Source of the DNA: an uncultured delta proteobacterium
GTDB lineage: Bacteria > Desulfobacterota > WTBG01
NCBI GenBank assembly: GCA_963793865.1
Contig: CAWCBP010000001.1
Coordinates: forward strand, 544,001 to 608,000
Direction: 5' to 3'
Length of the DNA: 64,000 nucleotides
The position numbers and the translations under genes are program-made. The first letter of the stretch is position 1. Each line of letters starts with the position of its first letter. The notes beneath the pieces are model-generated. The model searched no databases. It had not been told where the DNA came from and saw nothing but the letters and a program-made list of their open reading frames with translations. Shown in pieces: positions 9,295-19,961 of this stretch.

Positions 9295-11843
9295 TTACGG
9301 AGCGGTTTCTTCCTCCACCCGGGATGACGGTTTTTCCTTCATTCTCCCCTTTATGGAATGAAAGTACTTGAACTTGAAAAGCGCCTCCTCACCGTGGCAG
9401 CCGGCACAGAAGCTGAAGGCGGCGTCCTTTCTCAGAAAACTATTGGTTGCATTTCCTTCCAGCTTTTCTCCTGAACCCCTGGCGGGGGAACGGGCATCCC
9501 AGAGGTGCACATCGTGGCAGGTGGAACAGACGATATCCCCCCGGACATTTTTGTCGCCCTCGGGAGTAAAGATGGGATAGCGGTCAATGAATTTCTTGAA
9601 TGCATCTTCCTTAAGCTCACTTGACCGTTCCTGCATCATGGCCATATAAAGCCGGGAGGGATGAAGCCCGTATTCCAGGAGTTTTTCACCGGCGCAGTGA
9701 TCCGCGGCGTGACAACTGGTACAGAGGCCGACCATGAGATTCTCTGAAGCGGTAAATTCTTCCTTCCAGCTTTCCGGGAGCAAAGGCCCAACCTCCCGGT
9801 TCCAGATAAACGGTCCGATCGAAGCGTTATGAACCGCGTGGCACTGTCTGCAGAGTCCCGATTCCGCCGGCAGCGCCCCCTGTACGTTCTTTGCGTCAGC
9901 GGCAGATATGCGGAGGTCATGTTCTGTGTCCCGGATGTGGCTCTTGTCCGGGTGACATTCGGCACACAGGGGGGAATTGCCGCCGCTGCTGAGCCTGAGA
10001 AAACTGTCTTCCTCCCTTCCCTCATCTCCTTTCTTCTGCGGATTAGCCGGATTCCATTGATGAGAATTATGGCAGGTTGAGCAGACGATAACTCCCTGCG
10101 GGTCTTGTTTTCCCTCGACCAGATAAAGAGGAAGTTTTATGTTGGAATCATTGTCCACGGATACGGCGAGAGAATGAAAATAATTCCCTATGGTTTTTTT
10201 TCCGCCGCAGCTTCCTTCCCGGTGGCATTCCAGGCACAGCTTGGCCATAATGGGATCATCACCTTCCGGCAGGCGCCTTCCCCACATCAAGACGTGGACG
10301 CGCCTCCATGCGCCAGATGGCAGCAGCCGCAGATGCCCGATTGCGCGGGGGATTGATCAAGCAGGTTTTTCTCTTCAGGCGCTGACTGGGAAAGGTCATG
10401 GTCTGTTTTAAGCAGGGAATCCTGCTGCTTATGACATCCGAGGCAGAGCGCGGAGGCTTGATTGGGGGTCCGCAGGAAGCTGTTGCTGCTATCTCCCTTT
10501 TCATCTTTGGAACCTTTTTTGTCCGGGTTGAGCGGATCCCACTGGTGGCTGTTGTGACAGCTGGAACAGTAGACTGCGCCTCCACTGTCTCTGCTGCCGG
10601 TATCTGAATAGAGGGGGAATTCTGCCGTGCTTTTCTCGTCCTTCGGTTGCACCCCGATGGGGTGGCCGGTTTCGGGAATGGGTGCCGCATCAGCGCACGC
10701 ATCCTGTGCGTGGCAGCTTTTACAGATGCCGACCGCGGGCTTTTCTTCGCCGCTCCATTGGCGGGCCCACATGAAGGGACCTGATCCCTCGTGGGTGAAA
10801 TGACAGCAGCTGCAGGGGCCTGACCGGGATGCGGTCTGACCGCGGCTGTTTTCGGCATCGGGCGCCATCACGCGCAGATCATGCTTGTTGTTCCTGAGAA
10901 GCTTTTCCTGGGACGCATGGCATTGCAGGCAGAGCGAGTCCTGCCCGTTGGTCGCGCTCAACAGGGATTCATGTGCTGCGGGGCTGTGTGCTGAGTGACA
11001 GGTAACGCAGACAATCTCACCCCGGGAACCGAGCCGTACTTTCTCTCCATTATCCCATGTGTCGGGAATCTTAGCATCCGCCGGCTTAAGATCAACGCTG
11101 TGCGAAAACAGATTTCTTTTCGGATCCTGATTGAGCCCGGGGAATGTGCCGTGGCATGCCTCGCAGAGCACGGGATAGGCGCCCGGCTGGTCGACCGGCA
11201 GAACCAGCCTTTCGTCGGTGAACCCTCCATGGGCCACATGGCAGCTTTCGCAGATAACCTGGTTGGGTTCATCCCCGGTGTACCCGCCATATGCCGCAAT
11301 GAGATCAGGGACAGCAAGGGTGGTTTTGTTGACAGGATGGTTTCCCTGTTCCGGGCCGCCCTCCTTGTCGACGTGACACATGGTGCACATGGCGGAATTC
11401 CGGTTGGACGTCCGCAGAAAGATGGTTTTTTCGATGCCCGGCTCGCTTGAAACACCGTGGGCGCTGTGGCAGGTGGCGCAGTCCATCTTTCCTTCCCCGT
11501 CAAGGGGAAAGATTTCCGGAATCTTGATCTTTTCCGAGGGAATGATGCCCACCTGGTGCTTTCGGTCGTTATGAACCTTCTTGCGGGAATCAACGGTGGA
11601 GCCGTCGTGGCAGGAAAAGCACATGTCTGCCTCCGCTGCCGTATCCTGTGCGGCAAAGGGGACCAGCGCGGTGCCTCTTTTCCCGATGAAGAAGGTTTCG
11701 ACCCAGCCGTAGTGACAGATGGCGCACTCCTTGGCCGAATCAGGTTTGAGGGTGGTGGTTGTTGTTGTGGCGCGGGCTGAGGATGCCGCTAGGAAAAAAA
11801 AGAAAATGTTTGCCAGAAGGAGCGCCTTGCTTTTGTGCCTCAT
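9295..11843 (-). CDS. 20-heme cytochrome c (module A), split by one frameshift near 10290
   Basis: 13 CXXCH in 10287..11843 and 7 in 9295..10290. The junction HGG..LMWGR matches the continuous HRGAGRLMWAR of the paralog at 22581. Confidence 0.85.
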
Positions 11844-11844
11844 G

Positions 11845-12663
11845 TTACCGGGGAAGGGTAGTTTTTACCGATTGTGCACATCTGAACCCCGTGTTGAAGT
11901 TTCCCAGATCCGGGGCATTTTTATAGCGATTGGCTATCCGCAGGCCCGATTCTTCGTTGTACCAGGCGCCACCCCTCACAACCTTTCTTTCGCCGCGCTG
12001 TGGTCCCCGGGGCCTTTCACCGGGGCTCATGGAGTAATAGGTATCGCTGTACCAATCCTCACACCATTCCCCCACATTGCCCGCCATATCATAGAGGCCG
12101 TATCCATGCGGTTCAAAACTTTTTACCGGGGTAATCCCGAAGGACGCATAATTTGCCTTGGTCTTGTCTATTTCATCACCCCAGGGGTATCTCCTGCCAT
12201 CGGCACCTCCCCGGGCCGCCTTTTCCCACTCGGCCTCGGTGGGAAGTCTTTTACCGGCCCACCGGGCAAAGGCAGAGGCGTCATACCAGCTCACTCCTAC
12301 CACAGGATCCTCCGGCCGGTCATACTCCGGATTCCAGAGCTGATGGGGAGGATATCCGGTTTCGCTCAGGAAACGGCCGTAGCGGGCACAGGTTACCTCG
12401 GCTGCATCAATATAAAACGCATCCAGATACACTTTATGGAGAGGCCGTTCATCTCCCTCTCCTTCTTCGGAGCCCATCATAAAGTGGCCTGCGGGGATGA
12501 GAACCATGGCCCCCGGGTCTTTATCAGCCGTGAGACCGGTCGGCAGGCCCTGATCAACGGATTCTGCCTGGGGGGCAGGGACCGGGACACGTGCGCGACA
12601 TGAACAGACGATGACCAGGAGAACTGCGATGAAGATGGTTGATTTTCCCGGATATGGTTTCAT
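11845..12663 (-). CDS. Formylglycine-generating-enzyme (FGE-sulfatase/NirV-like) fold lipoprotein
   Basis: MVLIPAGHFMMGS, RLPTEAEWEKAARGG, GLYDMAGNVGEW, RGGAW and GFRC motifs; lipobox-like IVCSC. Confidence 0.9.
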   Translation of the reverse strand: MKPYPGKSTIFIAVLLVIVCSCRARVPVPAPQAESVDQGLPTGLTADKDPGAMVLIPAGHFMMGSEEGEGDERPLHKVYLDAFYIDAAEVTCARYGRFLSETGYPPHQLWNPEYDRPEDPVVGVSWYDASAFARWAGKRLPTEAEWEKAARGGADGRRYPWGDEIDKTKANYASFGITPVKSFEPHGYGLYDMAGNVGEWCEDWYSDTYYSMSPGERPRGPQRGERKVVRGGAWYNEESGLRIANRYKNAPDLGNFNTGFRCAQSVKTTLPR

Positions 12664-12917
12664 AGCGTGCTCAACAATCACGGGCGTAATGATGCGGGTA
12701 AATCGTAAGTCTCGCGCCACCCTACCGCCAAGAGTACAGGCCTGAATAAAAAATGAGGTGGATACGCATTGTTTTTTTGCATTTATTTCCGGAATCTGCT
12801 ATTGAGAAACAATATGCATATTTAGTATGTTTTTTGACAGGAAGTCAAGGTGTAATTCAAAAAACCGGAGAGGCCTGTTTGCTCGTCCCCCGCATTACAT
12901 TTTTTTCACAAAGACCG

Positions 12918-13820
12918 ATGGTTTTCAGCCAAGGTGTGCGCATACTCATAATGGTGATCTGCCTGGGAGGGGCGTGCACGCCGTACCGGGATATCCTTTC
13001 ACCGGTAAATCTTATGCCCGATGCAACCTATGTAGGTTCGGAAGAATGTGCCGTTTGCCATGATGATGTGTTCGAATACTATCGGGAGACCATTCATTAC
13101 CGGGTCCGGGCATTCGAGGTTACCGGTCAGGAGAGGGGATGCGAAGGGTGCCACGGGCCGGGAAGTGCCCACGTGACGTCGAAAGGCAAGATCGAACATA
13201 CCATCAGTTTTGACAGGCTTAAACCGGCTGAGAGCTCTGCTGTCTGCCTCACCTGCCACAGGAATGATCCGCTCTTCAGCTGGGAAGGTAACCTTCATGC
13301 CATGCATGATGTGGGATGCAATCAATGCCACAAGTCCCATAAGATCACTCAGGAAAAGATGTTATACAAGGGTGAGCCTGCGCTCTGCTATGACTGCCAT
13401 CAGCAGATGAAGGTGCTGGCGGAATTTCCATCGCACCATCCCATACGGGAAGGCAAAATGAAATGCAGCGCCTGCCACAGCACCCACGGTGCCGAGGAAA
13501 ATGGCCTGAAGGAGATTACCGTCAATGACCTCTGTTACGAGTGCCATACCGATAAGCAGGGCCCCTTCTTGTATGAGCACCCCCCGGTCGAAGAAGATTG
13601 TGAACTCTGCCATGACGCGCACGGCACCATTGCCAACAATCTGTTGAAACAGAACCAGCCCTTTCTCTGCCTGCGCTGCCATCGCGGGCATAAAGGCTTT
13701 GACGGAGGGGGTTCGCATCCAACCCTCTCATCCATGATGACCTCCTGCACGCAGTGCCATTCGCAAATTCACGGCAGCGATCTCTACTCCCAGCTGGGGG
13801 AAGGCGGGCTTACCCGCTGA
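12918..13820 (+). CDS. Decaheme c-type cytochrome, MtrA/DmsE (OmcK-like) family, predicted lipoprotein
   Basis: 10 CXXCH with MtrA-type spacing (YVGSEECAVCH, CEGCHGPGSAH, SHHPIREGKMKC, KQGPFLYEHPPV, CTQCHSQIHGS); lipobox LGGAC; likely start ATG 12918. Confidence 0.92.
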   Translation: MVFSQGVRILIMVICLGGACTPYRDILSPVNLMPDATYVGSEECAVCHDDVFEYYRETIHYRVRAFEVTGQERGCEGCHGPGSAHVTSKGKIEHTISFDRLKPAESSAVCLTCHRNDPLFSWEGNLHAMHDVGCNQCHKSHKITQEKMLYKGEPALCYDCHQQMKVLAEFPSHHPIREGKMKCSACHSTHGAEENGLKEITVNDLCYECHTDKQGPFLYEHPPVEEDCELCHDAHGTIANNLLKQNQPFLCLRCHRGHKGFDGGGSHPTLSSMMTSCTQCHSQIHGSDLYSQLGEGGLTR

Positions 13821-13893
13821 CGGCCGTTATGCGGGTGCGTGTGCGGGTTTGGCATCATGGTGGCACTCAACACGTGGTACGGAAGATGACGGC

Positions 13894-15729
13894 ATGCCAT
13901 TAAAGAGCGCTTGCACATCCGTTATGCTGCTGATGGTCGCGATTGCCTTCCCGCGCGCTGTGCCGGCGGAGCTTCTGTCGGAATTTTTTGATCAGGGGCA
14001 TTATTCCCTTGACACCAGGGCAGGGTATCACCACGCTTCGGTAAGCGGCTACCGGGGCAAAGTGGGCGAGTATGAATCGCTTGATTCCGGCATGGAAGGC
14101 GGCTTCACCCTGCACTCCTACAGCGCTGGCAATTATCTGGATCTGGCCGGAACGCTGCGGGATGAGAATGACCAGAACTATCTGCTCGATTTTGACGCGA
14201 GCAGGATCTTTGAAACCGAGACCACCTACACCAGGTTTAAACACTACCTGGATCACGATCCCCTGGCCAACCAGGATTTCTTCACCGATTACGACCCCTT
14301 CAGCAGCAATGCCATGATCAGGGAGGAGATCAAAAGCGAAAACACGCTGCGCGTTCCCTTTATTCCCCACCTGAAATTTAACGCCGATTTCAGGGAGCTC
14401 AACAAGCGGGGCCACCAGCAGGCCACCACCGTCAGCAAATGCACCCAGTGCCATGTCGTATCCAAAAACAAGCGCATCGACCAGAGCACCAGGGATGTTG
14501 ACGTCGGGGCGGAAATGACCATCGGGCTGCTCACCTTTAACTATAATTACCTGCAGAGAAGCTTCAGCGAGGGAGCGACTCCTCCCATAGCCTTCTACGG
14601 ATTTTCCTCCTCATTTCCGGTAGAGGGATTTCAGTACTACAGCAGCGTTTCGGATTCCCGGACCTCAAGCAACCGGTTCCGGACCAAGGCCGTGCTGCCC
14701 CTGCGCTCCTCTGTAAGTTTTGACTATCAAACGGGAAGCAATCATAGCCGGGAGACGCACTCGGAGCGCGATTTTGACAGTTTTGCCGCACGCTTCTCCA
14801 CAACGGCCTTCAAGTATGTATCCCTGAGCTTTAATTATCATGACTATCACATGGATAATGACATTCCCGGCTCCATGGAGCGGGATTTTACCAGGAGCTC
14901 GTTTTCCTTTAAAACCCTGCCCTGGAAGAAGAGCTTTTTTACCGGGGGATATCGCTGGGAGGACATTGACCGGAAGGAGAGCGCGCAGGAATCAACCACG
15001 CGGGAGGTTGCCACGATCGGTTTTTTAAGCAGGCCCCACCGTACGGTCGATCTGAATGTGCGCTACCGGAACGAGAGAACCCATGACCCGTTTGTGAATG
15101 AAGAATGGAAATTGTTCCGGTCTCTCATGACCAGCGAGCCCACCAGGAGGGATGAAACGCGGGTTGCCCTCAACTGGAGCCCGAGAGGGAACCTGGCGCT
15201 TTCATCGTTCATCGTCTATGAACAGGCGGACAGCAGCCGCTATGAGGTTGATGAGGAGCGGGTGGAAATGATGGTGAGCCTCTGGTACGCCCCCCGGGAG
15301 AACCTCACCGTCACCGGCTCATACGGTCTGATTGACACCGAGATTGAAACGGAAGCGGCCTCCAGAACCGTTCACGGCACCCGCCTCGACGACCTTTCGC
15401 TTGATGACCGCGTGCCCTATGATGACCGGAGCAGCTGCTACAATCTTTTACTCAACTACCGTTTTTTACCCAACCTTGCCCTGAACAGCTCCATCACCTT
15501 TGTCCATTCCAGCGCTGATTTTGATTCCAGCATTTACGACCACAACATAGGGGAGTATTCGGATTTAAACATCGAACGGCTTGATGCCTCTTTCGGGCTG
15601 GAATATCTTTACAAGCCTTACATCAGCTTTTACGGCAGATATAATGTAAGGGACTACAATGACCGGGAAACAAACGACCTTGATGGAGAGCTCCACTTTA
15701 TCAGCCTGGGAATGCAGTACAGCTTCTGA
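13894..15729 (+). CDS. Outer-membrane beta-barrel porin of a porin-cytochrome conduit, carrying one CXXCH (MtrB/OmcL-like)
   Basis: Signal peptide, alternating amphipathic beta-strands, C-terminal BAM signal LGMQYSF, and CTQCH; directly follows the decaheme gene. Confidence 0.85.
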   Translation: MPLKSACTSVMLLMVAIAFPRAVPAELLSEFFDQGHYSLDTRAGYHHASVSGYRGKVGEYESLDSGMEGGFTLHSYSAGNYLDLAGTLRDENDQNYLLDFDASRIFETETTYTRFKHYLDHDPLANQDFFTDYDPFSSNAMIREEIKSENTLRVPFIPHLKFNADFRELNKRGHQQATTVSKCTQCHVVSKNKRIDQSTRDVDVGAEMTIGLLTFNYNYLQRSFSEGATPPIAFYGFSSSFPVEGFQYYSSVSDSRTSSNRFRTKAVLPLRSSVSFDYQTGSNHSRETHSERDFDSFAARFSTTAFKYVSLSFNYHDYHMDNDIPGSMERDFTRSSFSFKTLPWKKSFFTGGYRWEDIDRKESAQESTTREVATIGFLSRPHRTVDLNVRYRNERTHDPFVNEEWKLFRSLMTSEPTRRDETRVALNWSPRGNLALSSFIVYEQADSSRYEVDEERVEMMVSLWYAPRENLTVTGSYGLIDTEIETEAASRTVHGTRLDDLSLDDRVPYDDRSSCYNLLLNYRFLPNLALNSSITFVHSSADFDSSIYDHNIGEYSDLNIERLDASFGLEYLYKPYISFYGRYNVRDYNDRETNDLDGELHFISLGMQYSF

Positions 15730-15768
15730 CCGGGTTCATGCTGCAGGGGCTCGGGGAGAGGGAAGACA

Positions 15769-16365
15769 ATGAAAGTCCCCACCATGGTTCTGGTGTGCCT
15801 CCTGTGCTCCTGCCTGCACGGTGCGGCTGCCGAGGCGCTGCTGGTTTCGCTCAGCCCGCAGGAGGTGGAAGAAGCGTTGCGGCAGGGCAGGGAGAAGGGA
15901 GACCAGGTGGCTGAATATGTCAACCGCATCTATGGTTTCGGGAAGGAGGACAGGCACGGCGAAAATGGCATTATCAGAACCAAGTGGAGCAAACTGGTGG
16001 TGCTTTCAGGTTTGCTGGCCGCACGGGGGGGCAAACCCTCGGAGAAGGATCTTAACGGCATTATAACCAGCACCGACCTGCAGATTGATCTTCACGCCTT
16101 TGGGGATCGGGTGGGTTTCGCGGATTCGTACACAACCTACCTCGTCCAGTCGGGAAGGCGCGTTGATCCTGAAAAAATTGCCGCTGACGATGTTGTGTAT
16201 CCCGCCGGAGACGGGGCCGTGGTTTCCGGGTTCCCGGGGTATCACGCCACCGTCCGTTCCTACTTCCTCTATGATAAGATTAATCCCGCCGGCAGGGCGG
16301 AGATTGTTTTAGTGAAAAACAAGAAAAAAATTTCCTTTGAGGTCAATTTGGCTGATTTCAAGTAG
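15769..16365 (+). CDS. Secreted hypothetical protein
   Basis: Signal peptide (...HGAAA-EA), RBS, co-oriented directly after the porin. Confidence 0.7.
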   Translation: MKVPTMVLVCLLCSCLHGAAAEALLVSLSPQEVEEALRQGREKGDQVAEYVNRIYGFGKEDRHGENGIIRTKWSKLVVLSGLLAARGGKPSEKDLNGIITSTDLQIDLHAFGDRVGFADSYTTYLVQSGRRVDPEKIAADDVVYPAGDGAVVSGFPGYHATVRSYFLYDKINPAGRAEIVLVKNKKKISFEVNLADFK

Positions 16366-16473
16366 GAGAGGAGGGGTCTTTTACCCCCTTGACGGGGGCG
16401 ACTGTTTTGCTCAGGCGGTTCCGGAACTGCCGGCTCGCAACCAATTAACATGTTCGTATAAAGGAGGTCAGGC

Positions 16474-17158
16474 GTGAGAACAATATGCAGAATTGGATAT
16501 GTAATTGTCCTTGCAGCGGCGGTTGCTGCCGTTTCCCCGCGCGGCAGTGCTGCCAATCAAAAGGTTGACTCCTCAGGCTGCTTGCCGTGTCATGAGCTGG
16601 GCGTGTTCGGTGCGGATGACGGGTCCATTCACGGCAGCCACAGCAATTGCGCTGACTGCCATGACGGCTCGCCGGGGGCGGGTAATGTGTTTTCCTCATC
16701 CTGCATTGAATGCCACCCCGCATCCGGTTCGGCAAAGTGCGATCTGGTCGATTTCCATGAAGAGGCGACCGGTTATGTGCCCTCGGGGGCATCGTGCCTT
16801 GACTGTCACAGTGACTGCGGCGGTTCAACCACCACCACCACTGCACTCCTGCCAACCATCAAAGGGAACCGGTATGAGGTGTTGTTCGTCGGTCCCGTTC
16901 AAGGAAGGCTGCAACAGCACGACCATCGACTTTCGCTCTGATAATGTGATGGTGCTGGATTGCATGGATGGGTACGGTACCTATGTTTCAGTGGGGAACG
17001 TTTTCACCGCGGTGTACTGGTCAAACAATTATTTCCTGGGGAACGGCCTGGGCATGGTTTTGAGCGGGGCTGCGGTCAATTCCTATATCGTGGGTGGCGG
17101 TCTGGCATATTATGGAAGGATTCTGAGTATCGTATTGCTGTCCGGATATATCCTGTAA
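16474..17158 (+). CDS. Tetraheme cytochrome c with Thr-rich linker and C-terminal beta-rich domain; frameshift near 16895
   Basis: AAGGAGG RBS and GTG start, signal peptide, CLPCH/CADCH/CIECH/CLDCH, STTTTT linker. The tail continues in ORF 16505..17158 (FKEGCNSTTIDFRSDN...SGYIL). Confidence 0.8.
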
Positions 17159-17226
17159 ATGTGGTGTGGGCAACGGCGCTTTTTATCGTCTTAATTTTGC
17201 ATGATGGTCATTTTCCTCTCAGCACT

Positions 17227-18632
17227 CTATGGGTACTCACAGGCGGAAGCGGCACAGTATGCGTTGCAGGGGTTAAGGAGAGCACTTCTGCCGAAATCCA
17301 GCTTGAACAGAGATGCATCGGTTCCGTCCACATCCCCGTCACAGTTAAAATCACCGTTGCAGGGGCTAAGGCCGGTGCAGGGATCCAGTATAGTACTTCT
17401 CCCGAAATCAGTCGTGAAGGTCCGGGCGTCGGTGCCGTCCACATCGCTGTCTGTATCAAAATTTCCCTCGCAGTCGCAGATATACAAAGATCCGGGACTG
17501 ACCAGGCCGTATCCGAAGGTGCTGTCCAATCCGGGCTCCCCCAGATCAATGGCACTGTTCTGCAGCATCTCCCGTACTTCATCGTGTATGCCGTTGCCGT
17601 TGACGTCAACCGGATTGGCGGCGAAGAACAGGGCGGCAATGCCGCTCACATGAGGTGCCGCCTGGGAGGTGCCGCTCAGAAAAGCATAGTCACCCCCCCG
17701 CACTGTTGACAGGATGTTCTCGCCCGGTGCCGCCAGCTCCAGGGCCGGACCTATCGGGGAAAAATAAGCCGTTTGGTCACCGGCATCGGTGGCGGTTACT
17801 GCTATCACCGATGAATAGGCTGCCGGATATTTTACTTCACCTCCGCTGGTATTTCCCCCCGCGGCCACCAGCAGCACCCCCGCAGCATATGCAGCATCAC
17901 ACGCATCGTGCAGGGACTGAAAGTCAGGTCCCTCCAGGCTCATGTTGGCGATGTGCATTCCATTATCAACCGCCCATTCTATGCCGGCAATAACCCACCC
18001 CAGCGTGCCGAAGCCGGCGCCGTCGAGCACCCTCAGGGCGTAAAGGTCCGCCTCAGGGGCGACTCCGATCACGCCGCTTCCGTTCCCTTCAGCCGCGATT
18101 ATCCCTGCAACGTGGGTGCCGTGGCTGATGGTGGTTTCATCATCGGGGATGGTGTCGTTAAAGACAAAATCAAAGCCGCCCCTGTAGTTATCGTCCAGGT
18201 CCGGATGGAGCTGATAGGTGTAGGTGGGCGGGGTTGTCGGTGGATCTGCAGGAATCCTGTCAAATATCCCGCAATCGATTACGGCAATTTTCACCCCTGC
18301 TCCCTTGTTTCCGGCGGCGTGTGCCATGTTTGCACTTATATGGAGCACGCCCCATGAGTCCTGTATTCATCGGAAGCCTTAAAGATGCCATCCGGTTCTA
18401 CATAAGCGACAGTACGGTGATTGACTATTGCATCAATGCCCTGGTCGGGGAGCGTAACCGCCATGGCCGGAATCAGATTATAACGGCGCTTAACAATTCC
18501 CCTGGCACCGCGCACCAGCTCCATCTCGGCGATACCCGGTGTCCGGCGAAAGACGACGATACAATCCTTTTCTGCTGACGCTGCAGATTGAGGCACTATC
18601 AGCAGGAGCAAAACGAGCAGGGTATATTTCAT
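17227..18632 (-). CDS. Secreted subtilisin-like S8 serine protease with I9 prodomain and C-terminal dockerin-like repeats; frameshift near 18355
   Basis: Catalytic IAVIDCG, SHGTHVAG and GTSQAAPHV; prodomain VAYVEPD. Duplicated Ca-binding motifs GNFDTDSDVDGTD..F..DFG and GDFNCDGDVDGTD..F..DFG. Confidence 0.9.
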
Positions 18633-18714
18633 ATGTATAGGTGAGATCCCGTTGTTGATAAAAGTGATTGTATTATATCATGTTTGAGTTTATAGTTCAA
18701 CTCCGGTGTTCGTG

Positions 18715-18730
18715 GGGCACTGCATCTGCT
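18715..18730 (+). promoter_or_regulatory. Putative sigma-54 (-24/-12) promoter upstream of modules B and C
   Basis: GGGCACTGCATCTGCT: GG-N10-GC with CAC after GG, about 135 nt before the ATG. Confidence 0.4.
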
Positions 18731-18865
18731 GAATATAGTTGCAAACGGGCGCCCATTACGTTATTAATTAACATTTACAAAAATGATGCACAATCCTCGC
18801 GTTTTCGGGAACCCGCACGCATGATCGACTTCAAGCCGCTTACGAGAATTTTTCATTCTCAAGGG

Positions 18866-19961
18866 ATGGCCCGTGCTGCAGTCGTGTCCCTGCTTGTTCC
18901 GGCGATGCATTTTCCTCCTTGCGGGCCGTGCCCGGGCGGTTGACGAAGAGAATTGCCTTTTCTGTCACGGGTATCGGGGGCTGAGCTATATCACCAGCGA
19001 AGGGAAGGACGCCGCCGGCGGTCAGGAAGGGGAATTCAGGCTGCTGTACGTTACCGAAGACCTTTATCTTAACAGCCCTCATGGTAATTTGAAATGTTCC
19101 GACTGCCACACCGGTATTGAAAAATTTCCTCATGGAGAGGTGAAAAAGGTTGACTGCCTGATTGTCTGTCATATGAATGAGCCCTCCTCAGGACTTCCCT
19201 TCTCCCACCAGCAGGTGGGCGAGCACCTTGCCCGCAGCGTTCACAGCCGGCTTGACAAGGATGACAAACCCAAGGAGCATCAGGACGATTATCCTACCTG
19301 CATAACCTGTCACCAGGATCCGCTCTACCGGCCCCTCTCATTTCTTAAAGAAAACATGCCCGGCCTTGAGGAGAAGACCATTCAGCGCTGTTCGGTCTGC
19401 CATGAGGAAAACGCTTTCATGGTGAAGTTTTTCAGCCACTTTACCTCGCGAATGCAGCAGCTTCGCAAGCCCGGGGAAGTGGTGGAGATGTGCGGCAGGT
19501 GTCACGGCGATACCCGGATGATGGAGCGCCACGGACTTTCCAACCTGCTGAAATCCTACATGGAGACCTACCATGGCAAGGCGTTAGCCTTCGGTGACGA
19601 AATGGCGGCCGATTGCATCGATTGCCATGTACTGCACGGGCAGTCAGTCCACGATATCAAGTCCATGGATGATCCCGCGTCGGCTTCCTATCACGAGAAC
19701 ATTTTCAAAACCTGTTCGGACATTGACTGTCATCCGGGATCGGCAATGAACCTGGCTGGCTACAAGGCTCACGTGGTGCTCACCCCCTCAAAAAATCCGG
19801 TTGAATTTTACGTCGCCTGTTTTTTTGTGCTATTGACCCTGGGAAGCTTTATACCACTCATGATCTTTACCGTGCTGGATATGGCACGGAATGTTTTTCC
19901 CAACGCGGTGCTGCCGGTTTTGTTCTTTAAGAGACGAAGAATCCGCAAGAAGACGACATGA
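18866..19961 (+). CDS. Octaheme cytochrome c with C-terminal membrane anchor (module B)
   Basis: 6 CXXCH plus CLIVCH and CSDIDCH; C-terminal TM helix. The signal peptide probably starts at ATG 18866 with a frameshift. Confidence 0.88.

Noticed and set aside
7593..9371. 592-aa plus-strand ORF
   Set aside because: Exact antisense of the 15-heme cytochrome; no recognisable motifs.
10280..10300. Programmed ribosomal frameshifting in the large cytochromes
   Set aside because: Break positions differ among paralogs, no slippery heptamer is evident, and similar breaks hit unrelated genes.
11845..12663. FGE/C-lectin fold as a diversity-generating retroelement target (also the DUF1566 protein at the window end)
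   Set aside because: No reverse transcriptase or template-repeat copy seen in the window.
12703..12720. Sigma-54 promoter for module A (TGGCGCGAGACTTAC)
   Set aside because: The -12 dinucleotide is AC rather than GC; too weak to call.
13849..15729. Selenocysteine in the CXXCH porin or at broken ORFs
   Set aside because: No in-frame TGA readthrough is needed; the breaks are frame changes, not stop codons.
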